Positions 35,801 to 50,000 of a stretch of DNA of 64,000 nt are shown here, one piece after another. The DNA is taken from the NCBI GenBank assembly GCA_043228905.1, contig JBHGNT010000015.1, positions 558,001 to 622,000 on the forward strand, written 5' to 3'. Made by a program: the position numbers and the translations under genes. This DNA comes from Azolla caroliniana. Lineage: Eukaryota; Plantae; Polypodiophyta. Positions within the stretch are counted from its first letter, which is position 1. Each line of letters opens with the position of its first letter. A model generated the notes under the pieces. It saw nothing but the letters and a program-made list of their open reading frames with translations, was not told the DNA's origin and ran no database searches.

Positions 35801-38132
35801 GTTTGATGTCATCTGCCACAGATTTTCCATCGATAATGGTAGCTCTACTTCCTGTGCAAAAATTGAGGTAGGTTCTAGCAAGTATATCAAAGGTCTAACA
35901 ATTAAATAATCATAAGCTAAAAGAAAATATACTGAAATAACCTTCAGTTTTTTTCCATATTTCCCCAAATCTTGAGTTTCAGTAATTTCCCAAATGCCCT
36001 TGGTCACCCCCAAAAGAGAGAAATTTGGGGTTAGCTGAACATATATATGTTATAATAGCACATATGGTTTCTCTTTCAAAGGTGGACTATGGGTGTTTCT
36101 GGAAATAGCAAAAAATCAGGGGCAATCGGGGAATAAAGAAAAACATTAGGGATAGTTTAGAGTTTTCTCCAAAATTAAAATTGTGAATATTTTAATGATA
36201 TTGAGGAAACCCACTTTTTCATGTTCATTGCATGATTCGCACCATACTACAGATATAGTCAGATTTTAACATGTAGTTTTTTTCTTCAAAAACACAAAAA
36301 AACATGGAATTCTGTACAATGTCATCATAATAACTCTTCATTAGTTTATGATCCTTAAATTTAATTCCCGACATATGTGAATTGAACAACAAACCATGAC
36401 TGCACTACATACTCACTTCACCTACCATGGAACCTATATAAATCAGGGCAAACCCATCCTACACAGTATCGTATCATTCCTAAAGAATGGAAAGAGGTGA
36501 AAGACGTTACAATATACAATAAAATATAGCTTTTCCATACTTCAGAAGTTCAAAATGCATCTATATAAGAAAATTAACTTGAAATGACAAAAACAACAAA
36601 AACATATACCGCATGCAAGTAAACCATCCTATTTAAATGAAAACTGAATATTTACGCATCATAATTCAAAGAATGAATCCATAAACAGGAAAGACTGTAT
36701 CAGAATCCACGGGATATCATATGCCTTTTAACATTGTTTCCATCATATGGATTGTTGGGTATCGAGGTTCAAGAACTATCAATTTGCACATTTATCAACA
36801 TCCTTTTACACATAACTCTGTTAAGAGCTTCTAGGAAATATTTTGGTAACTTAGCCACTGTGAACTTGTACAAGCGCCTTAGAGTCATATTCTAATAAAC
36901 AATATACTTTTGCCCCTAGATATATTGTTATGGAGCTACAAAACCTACATGCCCTCTCCTTCTGTGTTTTCTCTGCACGTCAACCGATTTTTCTCTCTTA
37001 TTGCTCCTACCCCAAGTCCACTATCACATATAGGTCGTACTTAAACAAACCTCTTGGCCCCTCCTTACATATGCCTGATCATCATCACAATATCTTCTAT
37101 CTTTGGAAATGTTCCAAGTCGTTTTGGCCCAAGGATATAGCCTTTGATGTCTTTATGTGATCGTATTTTCATCATCAATTGTACCTCATAGAGAGTTCAC
37201 ATTTGCATGCTCGTTTTGGCCCAAGGATGTGACCTTCCTTTCCTTTTTTAGTTCTTCTTTAAATTGTTGATTCTGCATTATGACAAGCTCATATGTTTCA
37301 TGATAACTTTGGCCTAAGGACATGGCCTTCTGATGCGCACTGCTGCCTCATCATTCATGATAAATCATCATATCCTACCTTTCAATCTCCTTCTGAACCA
37401 AAGATACAGCCTTTGATTTCTTTGAGCAGCATTATCATCATGGTAAAAATCTTATCATTCCATACTTCCCATACTTGTTTCACCCAAGGATATGGCCTTC
37501 ACTCTTTGATGCCTGTGTTTCGCCAAAACAAATCACGGACGTCATAACATTTACCATGAATGATGGTGCATACACGCGATCAGAATAGCATTTACCATGA
37601 ATGATGGTGCATACACGCGATCAGAATAGCATTTACCATGAATGATGGTGCACACAAGCGACCAGAATAACATTTACCATGAATGATGGTGCATACCCGT
37701 GATCAGAATAGCATTTACCATGAACGATGGTACATACACGCGATCAGAATAGCATTTATCATGAATGATGGTGCATACACGCGATCAGAATAACATTTAC
37801 CATGAATGATGGTGCATACACGCGATCAGAATAAGGAATTCAAATGCCATATAACGGGGTCCAAGAAAACGAGCCGGAAATACAGGGACAGGATAGAATT
37901 TCCCACGTTGATACAGGGGGGAGGGGAGAAATTAAGTATCTGCGAGGGAAGTGCGAGCAGGGAAGAAGGACGGAAGAAATAAGTACGTACCGTGATGAAG
38001 ATGGTTCTGGGGCGAGATGGAAGCTGGGCAAGGAGCGGTATGGAGGAGTGCGATGGAAGAGGGAGGAGGCGGAGGAGGAGGAGATGGTCTCAGGACTCTG
38101 GAGATGGCTGCTCGACAGCAAATCCTCCTCAT
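32854..38132 (-). CDS. folD: Methylenetetrahydrofolate dehydrogenase/cyclohydrolase (FolD), 5 exons, organelle-type presequence
   Basis: Exons 38132-37991, 35851-35541, 34866-34630, 33282-33115, 33018-32854. Motifs [45 protein letters not shown]; N-terminus [15 protein letters not shown]. Confidence 0.93.
37548..37834 (+). repeat. 41-bp minisatellite, 7 copies, in FolD intron 1
   Basis: Head-to-tail CATTTACCATGAATGATGGTGCATACACGCGATCAGAATAG with few substitutions. Confidence 0.95.
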
Positions 38133-38195
38133 TTTTTACTGTCGGGATCCTCCTGATCAGGGCTTCACCATATCCAAATCCCACGAGGTCCTTCC

Positions 38196-38227
<32 letters not shown>

Positions 38228-39085
38228 GTGGCGTTAATACATATTTCTTTCTTTCTTTCTTTCTCTCGATCGATCGATCGATTTGAAGAAGTTGTCTGTG
38301 TAAATTGTTGGGGGGGGGGGGGGGGGGGGTTTGATCCAAGCTTTGGGGAGTTTGTGGGCGGGCGGCCGGACAACCGAGCCGTCCGAATGGCCGTGACATA
38401 TTACAACATACATATATTATACCATCTCTATGTTGGCCTTCCATCCATCGCTTTTACGTTAACTGTATATCTTGTTGATTCGATCTCTTTTTCAAGTTTT
38501 CTCGTCGGGACCTATGATTCTATTTGCATGGACCTATGATCTATATTATTGCAAGTGTAATTATGAGTAATAAGCTCCATAAAACCCGATGATGTGTATG
38601 TCCATAACTACATATAGATGCCAACTTGAAATCCTCAATGTTGATTAGCTCTAAATAAATCCTCGTGTCAAATAATAATTGATGTAGAATCAAATGTTAC
38701 TACTATCCTAGAATTCTTCACGATGGAGAAGTTGATCATCATCTAGAATCTAGATGATACATGGGGGAAGGGCAAAGTCTTATGTGCTTGTTATTGTGAA
38801 GCCAACTATCCCTCTATTTACTCTTTGAGTGATTGGTGGTTTTGCAAATTTCATTGCATTTAGAAACTTTACCCTTTTGAAAATTGTTGGATGTGTTCAA
38901 AGAGTGATAAAAGGAAACGCTATGAAGTGGCCTGAATCAATTCTATCCACGGCCTGACGCGAATATATGTGTTTTTTGAGTAATTATTAGTAGGTCCATC
39001 AATGTAATTTTGCTCATTTCTATGTGCTATTTTGTGCAATCAATTATACGGGCGATTCGCTAACCCCATTTCTCTCATCTACGAT

Positions 39086-39480
39086 TGACAATTGACAACT
39101 GTTCGGTTTGGTTTGAGAGGGTCAAAACCAAACCGTTTTAATTTTTTGAAACCTGAACCGAACCGAACCACGAAATCGTTTTAATTATTTCAAACTGTTA
39201 AAACTGCGGTTTCATGGTTCGGTTTCGGTTTTTGACTTAGGTCAAATTTTAAAATTTAAATATTTCATTACTTTAAATTTTTTACATTTTAAAGATGCTC
39301 CTTTTATGTGAGAATAAGGTCTAAAAATGAAAAGATTGTTTAAAAATAAAATTTAAATTAAAAAAAAAACTGTTAAACCGTTAAAACTGCAGTTTCTGAC
39401 AGTTGAAACCGAACCGAACCATTAAGGCGCGATTTTGCGGTTCGGTTCAGTTCAAACCACTGAACCGTTGCCGATTGTTA
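39086..39480. mobile_element. AACCG-rich MITE-like element between FolD and LNK
   Basis: Imperfect terminal inverted repeats (ACAATTGACAACTGTTCGGT / TGAACCGTTGCCGATTGT), CTACGAT on both flanks, many internal AACCG/CGGTT. Similar element near 46490-46795. Confidence 0.65.
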
Positions 39481-39656
39481 GACTACGATTAGGCCAAAGG
39501 GCATTGATGCACCCAGAAAAAAACGAAGAACAAAAACTTGGGGCCATTTCCCTGGAAATAAAGAAGAATACACTTAAGGGTATTGGTGGAGTTTCTTTTT
39601 ACCCAGAGAAAAAATTAAAATAAAACGCGCCTAATTTCTTCTCGCCTTGCCGAATC

Positions 39657-39846
39657 GCCACGTGTCCTATTCCCTGCCGACGTGGCACGGATGCCACGTG
39701 TCTCGCCCCCCCCTCCCCGGCTGACGTGGCATGGTGGTGGTCTGAGAAAGACCTGACGTTCCACCTCCGCCCCTGCTTTTTTGAACCCTGCTGCTCACGT
39801 GGCGCTGTCTGCGCGGTCCGACGTGGCATCCATCTGACACGTCAGA
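39657..39846 (+). promoter_or_regulatory. G-box/ABRE cluster in LNK proximal promoter
   Basis: Eight ACGT cores in 190 bp, including GCCACGTGTC twice, GACGTGGC three times and CACGTGGC. Confidence 0.7.
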
Positions 39847-39951
39847 CACCTTCTTCCTCCTCCTCCGCCCTCTGTTACCACTTCTGTCGAACATGTCTTC
39901 TTCGGCTATGGCCGCTTCCCTCGAGAATCTGGACACAGCCTACTGATTCCG

Positions 39952-42671
39952 ATGGGATCTCTCCAAGATTCCTTCTCGGTATGTAAATTTTCTTACGAGA
40001 TTTCTCTCTTTCCTTCGATCAAGTAGATGTTGCTGTTTCTTCACTACCTCCTCTGATCTCGGTGCTTGTAGTGATAACGCTCGATTAGAATCGATTTTTC
40101 TGCTCATAACTATTAGGCCCACCTGTGGAAACAGCCCTCTGGTTTGTGCTGATTTTTTACCATAAAATGCCTGTTTTTAGTGATAACGCTCTATGGCACT
40201 AGAGAGCTGTGTAATGTCGTCACCAAAGTTTGAACCAAGCTTTAAAGCTCTGGCACCGGAAGGAAGGAAGGAAGGAAATGTGAGTGACAATAGTGCAGAA
40301 AGTTGCATAGCATTGTCACAAAAATGACAGATTACCTGGATCCAAACCTTTGATACAGGAAGGAAGTAAACGAGAGTGAAATTGCTGCAGGAAGGAATTT
40401 GCTGAATCTGTTCGTGGAAATGACAAATTAACTGCAAATTGGTATTATAGAGAGCCATATAATGGCAGCAAAGTTTAACCAAGTTTCAAACCATTCGTTT
40501 GGAGGGTAGAAAACGAGAGTGACAAGTTTGCAGCAGATTGAGTGCCTTATTGTCAGAGCCAATGCTCTCTCTAGTCTCTGTTTCTTTCTGCAAACTTGTA
40601 GCAGTAGAGATCTACAAACCTGGTTACATCTGCAAGGACTACCGTTTATGAAATTTCTACTCAATAGTTAGTAAATACCCAGATTAAGAAAGAGTTATGC
40701 TTTCATGATAAAGATTTGCTTTTGGTAACCACTGAATGATTTAATGGATAAAGGAATAAAAAGAAAGAAAGCTGGCTCATTTTACCTGACTTGAGTTAAC
40801 TTACTAGAGTTGTCTCTTCGAGCATTTGTCTGCATCAGAACATGAAAATATTTGTAATATTCTCAGTCTGTTTTTGATTCATATCAGCATTGACTGACAT
40901 CCGCTCCCTTTTTTATTTCGTTTCTGTTTCCTTATGTTCATAGTCTGATGAAGTGGAATCAAAAGAAGTTGAAGCTAAAGAAGATCATATTGTGCCTGAA
41001 ATAGGCTTGCAAAAGAAGAGTTTGTCTAAAGAGTCTTTTGAAAAGACCAGCAGTGATTCATCCCTACTTACTGATCTGGTAACAAATCAGATGCATCAAA
41101 GTACAGTTGTAATAGCCTCTACCAAAGAAGCGCCTATAATATCTGAAGGTCACTATCCACAATCTTCTGAAAAGGCCACTGGAAACATGTCTACACATAC
41201 CAATAAAGTACAAAGTTCACCTCATCCAAAAACCTCTGCCAATTGTGATACCAGCTTCAAAACAGAACCTTTTCCTGACATAGTTCGTGATAATATTCCC
41301 TCAAAGGAGTGCAACTCTAGTTTTTTAAAGAATGAGGCAACCGATTGCATTTCAGAATATGAATTTGAAGATTTACTAGAGTTGTATAATGAGGGTGCAG
41401 CGTATCAAGATGATGTCGCTGATGTTACACGTAATGCTTGCATGTTTTTACCTTCTGATACTTATGAACAAAGAGAGGATCTGAAGTTTCTAGAAGAAGC
41501 GAATGATCAAGTGAGAAGGGACAACCTTCTAGAGTATGGGTGGGGGAACACAAATAGCATGGAAGACATGGACAAACTGCTTTCGTAAGCACTTGTGAGA
41601 TCAATACGATTGTGCTGTTGCTAGTATACATAGCAATATTCTTGAATGGAGTATAATTTGATTTTGTTTGTGTTGAATAAGCAGAAATGATTCCAGGCCA
41701 TTGAGAGGATATGGTGAAAGCTCTGATGGGATATTATGGGAGTCACCCTCACCTATAAGTCCAGGAAGAAATTATCAGTCTGTTGATATGCCTACAAGTT
41801 CTCAATTCATACAAAACGGTGATAACAAGACCAAAAGGAAGTATCTTCCCTGCCAAGGAGTACCAGCATTTGTTAAGGCAGAAGTTGACACAGGATGTGT
41901 GGAACAACAGTGTGCATTCAGCTATGACCAGATGCAACTTATATCAAATGTGGAGGCCTCAGAATTGGAGTTAAATGGCATTGAACATGGTGAAGAAAAG
42001 GTATGGAAGATTGAACTTGTGAAAACTTCCCTCAGTCTGACTGAATCAAATTATATTTAACATTTAATCAACATTGTATATAAGGTGTTGCAGATTCAGG
42101 AAGCAAGTAAAGGTCCTAGCTGGGTCGAAATGGAAGATGAAGAAGCCTCTGCGTTAAAAGAAGCTAGTCAGGTGGGTTCATGGAATACTTTGAATGTGGT
42201 GCATGTGCTACTTGAGTTTTTGAAGATAATAAGACTAAAAGAATATGCATACAAACCCAAAGTGGGAGCTTCTCCACATTTGGGTGAGTTTACTGGGAAC
42301 TATGTGCCATTTTGACGTTACATATTACATCATTTTCATTTGGATGTTCTGTGGGATGGATTGGGAGTTCCATTGAATGGGAACCAATTTGAGTGGTATG
42401 ACATCCAGACAGACCAAGCATATGGTGTTCCATGAGAGGGCCAACCACATCTAAGTTTGGTGCCCCTATGGAGCTTATACCCATTGAAGCATTGTCAAAC
42501 AATGGAGAACCATGCAGATCTCTTCACCAAACTAATTCAGATTGGATAGATGGGGAATGTTTCGGTTGATTCGAATTGATTGGGTCACAGATGGGATGAT
42601 TGTCATGAAATAGTGATAACACTTGATTTTCAAAGTTCAGGCCCTGGGTTATGTATATATATATATGTATG

Positions 42672-42728
<57 letters not shown>

Positions 42729-42741
42729 ATATATATATGTA

Positions 42742-42831
<90 letters not shown>

Positions 42832-44805
42832 ATGAAAAGCTTATACAACACATTTCTCGTTTTAGATCAACTCTTGTTCTGATTGCACCACGGTTCTTGT
42901 CTTTGCTACAACCTGCTGCTGAGCTAGCTAGTAGATTTCTACACAGTGAAAAATGCCACGCAGAAGGCCATTTTTCATTTTTCCTGCCATCCATCTCAAT
43001 GTTCTTGTTTGCATACTCTATATGTGGTCTAGTTGTAACCCTTCAAATGTAAATTTTCTGTTTCAAAATAGCATTATGCTTAGTTTTGTTTATATTATCT
43101 GTGGGAATTTTCATAACTATTTATAAAATAAAGCTTTACTTTTTATAGGAAATAAAGAAGAGGGAGATCTCTGCATTAGAAGAAGAAAACATGCTCCTAT
43201 CTAAAGGGGGCAAAAAAGTGAGCGATCCTGGCAATCTATGTAATGCATGCTGTGCTCTAGGCCCTGGCCTTTTAATCTTCCATGTATAATTGTGGTTGGC
43301 CAATCTTACAGAGCAATAAAGAAAGGAGGCATGGCATCCGACTCCAGAGATTTCCAGAATGCCTGAGAAAACATACCTCTGGGAGCAAATTGCCCTTGAG
43401 ATTTTCATCACATGCTAAGAAATCCTCAGTTTCATCTATGCCCAGTTCACAAGATTTGCTTCTTTCTGGCACAGCTGTGCCACAACTCCAAAATCGATGC
43501 GTGCAAGCTACGCCTCATGGAGGATTTGGATTTCTTTCACAGCATCATATGCCTGTTCCTACAGTAACACAACTGCTGAAAGCATCTCAGACTCCTAACA
43601 TGATAGACAATAGTATTATCACTCCTGACGATAAGATTGAAAAACTATGCAGGCAGAAAATGCAAGCACGATTGGCAGTTGAGCAGCAGCATCAGCAGCT
43701 AATGCATCTTATGCCTGACCTGGCAATGCCAGATAAGTTTCTAGCACATCCTTCATCAAATGATGTGAAGGAATGCATAACTGGTTCAATGAATAGCAAA
43801 TCACAAGGTGCTGAACCATTGGTCTATAATGATGAAGTTATCTCTCCAAGAGCAGTAGAGGATGATGGAGATGGGTCTTCAGCTGCAATTGTGCTGTTGC
43901 AGCTGCTGAATATTGCGTCGAAAGTACTCTCTAATCTATGCTTTTGTTTTCTTTAATCTCAAATTCAAAGATATTTATATCTCTTTCACCATGTTGCACA
44001 CAGATGGGTTTGAGAACAAATCTCTGTTTACGTGATGGCTTCCATCGTCTTGCTGGAAATGCACAACAGCGGGTCATAGCCAGTGATATTCGAGGAAGAA
44101 AAAGTAGTAATTCTGAACCTTGTAACCAGTGTGAATCATCATCAAGCAGTGATGAAGCTTGCAATGAAAGGTGGATTTTTACTGAATAAATTCAAATGAT
44201 CATAACAATTAAAAATACCTTGCTGCGAGAATGCTAGCTATTGTTGCTTGTGCATTTCAAACTCAACATCACCCTGCCCTATCTTTTTCTTCGCTGATTT
44301 AACTGACAGTTTATTCTTTTGTGCAATGGCTGTTGTAATAAGTAAACAGACTTTGCGAGCAGGAATCTCAGTATTTCTTAGAGTGATTCTATCCTCAATC
44401 TTTTATCCACCTAGTACCTAAAATTTTGCACGGAAATTTTCTTTATTTGGCATGATGCATGTGAAATTCATTGTACTAAATTCTTGCATCACGCATGCAT
44501 TGTGTTTTCATGGAATCTTAGTTCAATTCTTGTATTGCAGAACAATGATGGTGGAAGATCCTCTAGAGACACAAACTAACCCAGTGGATAGATTCATAGC
44601 TCATCTCTTGTTCTACAAATATTATCCATCATTACTTTCAGAATCTTTACCATCATGTGAAGTTTCATTGGCAAATGCTCCAACAGAGAGACATAATTTG
44701 GGTGGCTCCGAAGATCCGCTTACTATTGACAGCACACCTAAGAAGCAAAATTATACACATGGATCTTGTTCTTCCGTTATGTCAGGCATACATCAAGATG
44801 CTTAG
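39952..44805 (+). CDS. LNK: LNK (night light-inducible and clock-regulated) family protein, multi-exon
   Basis: Blocks [62 protein letters not shown]. Approximate exons 39952-39978 (tentative), 40944-41584, 41685-42000, 42094-42171, 43149-43217, 43312-43923, 44004-44170, 44541-44805. Confidence 0.85.
42651..42833. repeat. (AT)n microsatellite with GT interruptions, in an LNK intron
   Basis: About 180 bp of TATA/TATG runs. Confidence 0.97.
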
Positions 44806-47042
44806 AAAGCTAAGAAACTTAATATGTCGAACTGTAATCAGTTTTCCAACAAAACATTGATGTTGATAACAGGGCACCTGTAAAATCCTGCTAGCTACTT
44901 AGCTATCCAAGTATGTGAGTGGCATATGCTATACTATCTGTCAGTTCAAATGCAGTTAAAAGTGTTATTTCAACAAATATTTACTACAATGCACCCTTCG
45001 GATTTCTTTCTTTCTTTTACTTCTGGAATCTGTAGGAGAGAAACTTTATAATCTCCTTTCTGTACATTGTTAAAGTCATTGATCGTGTAACCTACCTATA
45101 TACCAATCTGTATTCCTGTATTTCTAACCTTCGCTGTATTCTTTGTGTTTTGATAGATAATTCTTTTTTATCCTGTGTTAACATGTGAATGTTAGCCTAG
45201 ATACTCCATAGACCATAATTTCTTAAACCCTATACCTGTGTTCATGATTTGAATCAAATGAAAGAAAGTATGGTAGAATTCAAACTTGTGATATTTGCAT
45301 AGATATGTTTGCTTAACTGGATGAACAAGCATGGGAAAGTTAATGGTGTAATTAAAAGATTGTTGTATAATGGCCTTGTTAATATAAATTCTGCAAGATC
45401 TATACAATGGGAGGATAATATGAAAATGGTTCATCCTTGTATCATTGATCCACTGCTTTGTTATATCAACATTTAGTGAGATTTGTGGTTGTCTAATTGG
45501 CTGACAATCTAGGAGACTTTCTAGTACAAACTGTAATGTGGCTTTTTATATCGTTCCCTCATAATGTTAGATGACTTGCATGTCATAGGCGTGACAGCTC
45601 CACAATAAATGTTTGTGTTAAAACGTTGAATTGCATACTTGCATGTCCTCATGTTCAAGAGCATACATTGTTAGATGTGAATAGAAAAAATGTGGTAAGT
45701 TGTTACAAGCATAGTCCTTTGGGTAGCCATACAAATGTTATATATACAAGTGAATGTGTTTGCATGTACAATAGGTAAAGATTGTGGGACATATATGGAC
45801 ATATAAGTCTGCAGAATCATAGGATATTTTAAGTAAGGACATAATATGCAAATAAAAGGAATTAATGAACGAGAGTTCTCAGAAAAAGATATTGGTCTCG
45901 AACAATTGCAATTGCTTCTCCCTTATTGTTGAATCAAACAATGAGCGTTTGTTTATATAAAATAATCTCATCTTCTTGAGCATATACTCCATTGCTAATC
46001 TCTTTACCCAAGTGAATGTATGCATTATGCTTGAGTAACTCTATAAGTGAGTGGAGGTGCTTCGTACTCCTCCACTAGGTTACTACTCAAGGGTAAGTGA
46101 CTAGTGGATCCTTAATGGAGTGAGAGTCTTAATCATATTTTGTTGATCATCATTGGGAAAATGATATTGTGTTGTCTTCTTGTCAGCATCTAATCAATAG
46201 TTGGTGTGAGTGGGCCACAATTGCTAGATAGGCCCATGACAACTAATCGTCAACACAAATCGCCAAGATCATGTTGTTAATGTCAAAACATGTCCCATTG
46301 GCTTTTTTGCCTTGGGGATGCTATTCATCTCACTTGAAGTGGAAAATGAGGTATCGAGAGAGCAGACAATTGTCCTCCACATGGATGGATGAGCTTTTGT
46401 GATGAAGTATACTACTTACTCATGGTCACTCGTAGAAGAGATGGATCCCTTCCTTTCTTTTCTTTTCTTACCAAGTTGCATAGAAGTCACAACGGCTTGG
46501 CTCAAGGCTGAATTGAACCGTTAAAACATTTATAAAATAGTTTGGCAGTTTGGAGGTTTGGTTTGGTTCTGTTAAGGTTTGAGCCGAGTTAACTGGTTTG
46601 AGGTCAGTTAGGCAAGGCTCAAGTCGAACTTTAAGGCCTAACCAGTTAAGACCTCAATGGTTTGACCAAACCATTTATTAAACTAGTCTAGCGTTAAGCG
46701 CTTTGACAAAAACTCTCAAACCGGTTAAGGCTTAACTGGGTTTGGGTTTGGACAAGGCCATACCACTTAAGCCGAAACCAAACCGTTGCCAAATCCAAGC
46801 CATTGGAACATAAGAGTTGAAATGATTGAATTGATTGGAGTTTTATTATTATTATTATCATCATCTATTAAAAACAAATGTTAATGTCAAATATGTAATA
46901 ATTTGATAATTAATGGAAAAATGGGAAAATTGATAATAATAGTTTTTTTTTGGTAAGAAATACAGAAAAACAGAGGAAACAGAGGAAGCAGAGGAAACAG
47001 AGGAAGCAGAGAGCAGAGAGAGAGAGAGAGAGGGAAGGCGTG

Positions 47043-50000
47043 ATGAGCGTGATCGACCTCCTCACGCGCGTGGATGCGCTGTGCCAGAAGTACGAGAAAT
47101 ACGATCTCGACAAGCAGAGGGATCAGCAGCAGATCTCTGGAAGCGATGCATTCCTCAAGCTCTACACCGTCTTCGAGACGGAGATAGCCGCCTGTGCACA
47201 GGTCTCCTTGCTCCCTCAAACCTGATCCTTTCTCATAATTATCATCTCATTCCGTGTAATTCAAGTTTCGCCTCATCTCATGTCATGCCCATCCCATGCC
47301 ATTTCGTTTGATCTGTTTTGTATTTTGTTATCTGGCTGAACCTTGCAGAAAGCCAACGATTCCGAGAACGAGAAGAACAGAGCCGTTACTGCTACACTTA
47401 ATGCCGAGATCCGGAGGGCAAAGGCAGAATTACGCAATGAACTTCCCAAACTCGAAAAGCTTGCAAATCGCAAGGTTTTGTCTGATCTATGAAGTGTATT
47501 CCTTAAACATTATCATACGAATGGAAATCTTATTATGAATGCTTAAGAAAGATCCAAATAGAAACACAATGCCATTTATGAAATGAGAACGGAATCACAA
47601 TGTCATATGTTTTTTACTGCAAAATTCTTTATACATCCTCCCTTGGATAGAGCACCCTCATCCAGCTTGACTAGTTGTATTTAAAATGAAACCTTTGTAT
47701 GCACAAATAATCATACATTATCTGTACAATCTCCTTATCTGCCTCGAGTAGTTGTACTCGTTTTAGAACAAGTTTGTGTTTGCACATTTTGTACATTATC
47801 CTCATTAGTCTCGAATAGTCTTATCGTAATCCAGAAATTTAGGTTGATGCAACTATATCTATATGATCTGTACATTCTCCTTATCTGGCTTGTGTTCATA
47901 TATATCACATATATATACATATATATGATGTATACATTTTCGGGCTTCTACTTCACATTGGTGTGCACCGAAAGAGAGATATTATATTCTATTGAGAACA
48001 TATGAAATTATCTATGTTACCAAGTCAGATATATTCAAGTTGATGAGTATGGTTTATTTCAGTGGGTACAAAGTAAAAAATTACAATATTGATACTGAAA
48101 CCAACTAATAACTAAACTCTTTCTTCCACGTTTCAGTTACATCCAAGAGTTATAATCCGTAAGATCATGCATGCCACCTGGAAATTTCAATTAGTAGATG
48201 TGATTTATTATTCAAGAAGGGATAAAATAGAAACCCTGTATTATGCACATATCTTTATATGGATGTGTGTGCGTATAGGTGTGATGAATGTGTTTGCTCT
48301 ACTCAATTCTCATTGAAAAATAGAGGAAACAACAAAAAGCCCTATATTGAAGCAGCTACTATAATATCTTGAAAACAACAAAAAGTATTATATCGAAGCA
48401 GATGCTATAATATATTGAGAACAGGTTGAATTTCTGCTTTGTTTCTGGAAAAGATGTCTTCAGTACAAAGGTATAAGACACTGGATAAGCCTCTATTTCT
48501 TTCTATAGACATAAAATACACCATGTAAAACCTTGAGTAAGAGAGCACTGAATAGCATAAACAAGTCAAATAACTCCATATCATTGTAAATATGAGTCTG
48601 AAAAGATGTAATTGTATTTTATAATTTCTGCACCGAATAAATGTTCATTAGTCATGAATGTTGCTCATTCCCTTACATGGTTCATTTCAATTTTGTAAAC
48701 AATTTCCAGAAAATTGTATGTGCAAAGCTGGTTTAATTGTGGAATATTAGTGGGCTTAGGGAGTTCTTGTTAGTTGTATACATTCTATCTCTTATTTTTT
48801 TGAGTCTGATAAAATTCTGATGTTATGTCCATGAAATGTTTATTATGACATTGCTCTCCCTCTGATATTTATTGCTATTTTGCTATATCCTGGGCTCAGA
48901 GATATCTTCCTGTTCATAATCCAGGCACTGTGAATTTGGTTCTCTATTGCCTAATGGTGTCTTTGCCTCTGCATTGTATCAAACTATGTCTCCATATTTT
49001 GCATACTTTACAAGACTAAAGCTCAAAAGTATGGCTGTTGTATCAAACAACCAAACCTTGACCATAGTTTGATGAATGAGATGTGTGTTCACTTGATTCC
49101 TAGGTTTCCAAAGCAACAACCTTATCATGCCTTTCTTGATTTGAGTGATTGTTTTCATCCCTACTGGAAGATGCTGTCCTCGTTGCCTCGGTATGCTGGT
49201 AAACTTCTGCCGTTCTCAGGTTTACTAATTGAAGGTTCACTGTGAAGCCCTAATCATTGCAAAGCTATTCCAATGTGCTGAAGTGGGACTACAGTCCCTC
49301 TGCTTGAAATGAGCACATCTGTGTAAAGCAGGATCAAGCTCAATGGCCCATAGTGTGGCTTTGGTTCTCCCTCTTCATGCAGTTTACTGAGAGATATTTC
49401 TTGTAATGTATTGCTACACTTTATAAGTTTAGAATAATTTGAGTTCGTAAATATAAGTGGGACTTATTGTTCTTATTAAGGCTTTTCTCAACTTATAATA
49501 AACAAACCACTGCTGTGTGTATGTCTTTAGGTCAAAGGTCTGAGCAAAGAGGAGATGGCAGCACGCCCAGATTTGGTGTTGGCACTGGCCGCTAAGATTG
49601 ATGCTATACCGGATGGAGCTATGGGATCAAATAAGCCAAGTTCATGGGGAGCTAAAGCTGCAGGGAGTCGTATGGAAATCAAGATCGACAACACAGACCC
49701 AGGTTGTGCATGGATTTCATTCCTCACTTTTCTGCTCATTCAGAAACTGATTGCTTATGGGCTGCAGATTATATTATGCACCCTGAGCACTATCAACAGA
49801 CCAGTGAGTCTAATCAGTTTCGGCAGGAATTTGAGATGCGCAAAAGAAGACAGGTAGGTTTCTTTATATTTATGAGCACTGAGTGACCTACTAATAAGCT
49901 GGTCTATGCATCTTCTTTTTGCTTCTTGTTTATGGAAGACACGTTTGCTAAGTGAAGAAATCTCATTCCTAACAAAGAAGACAGGTAGGTTTGTTGAGGT

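Noticed and set aside
37548-37834. CRISPR-like array
   Set aside because: Units are contiguous with no unique spacers and no cas genes; it is an intronic minisatellite.
37844-38539. 231-aa plus-strand ORF
   Set aside because: Antisense to FolD exon 1 and runs through (CT)n and poly-G tracts.
42524-43052. YI-rich ORFs
   Set aside because: Translations of the (AT)n microsatellite.
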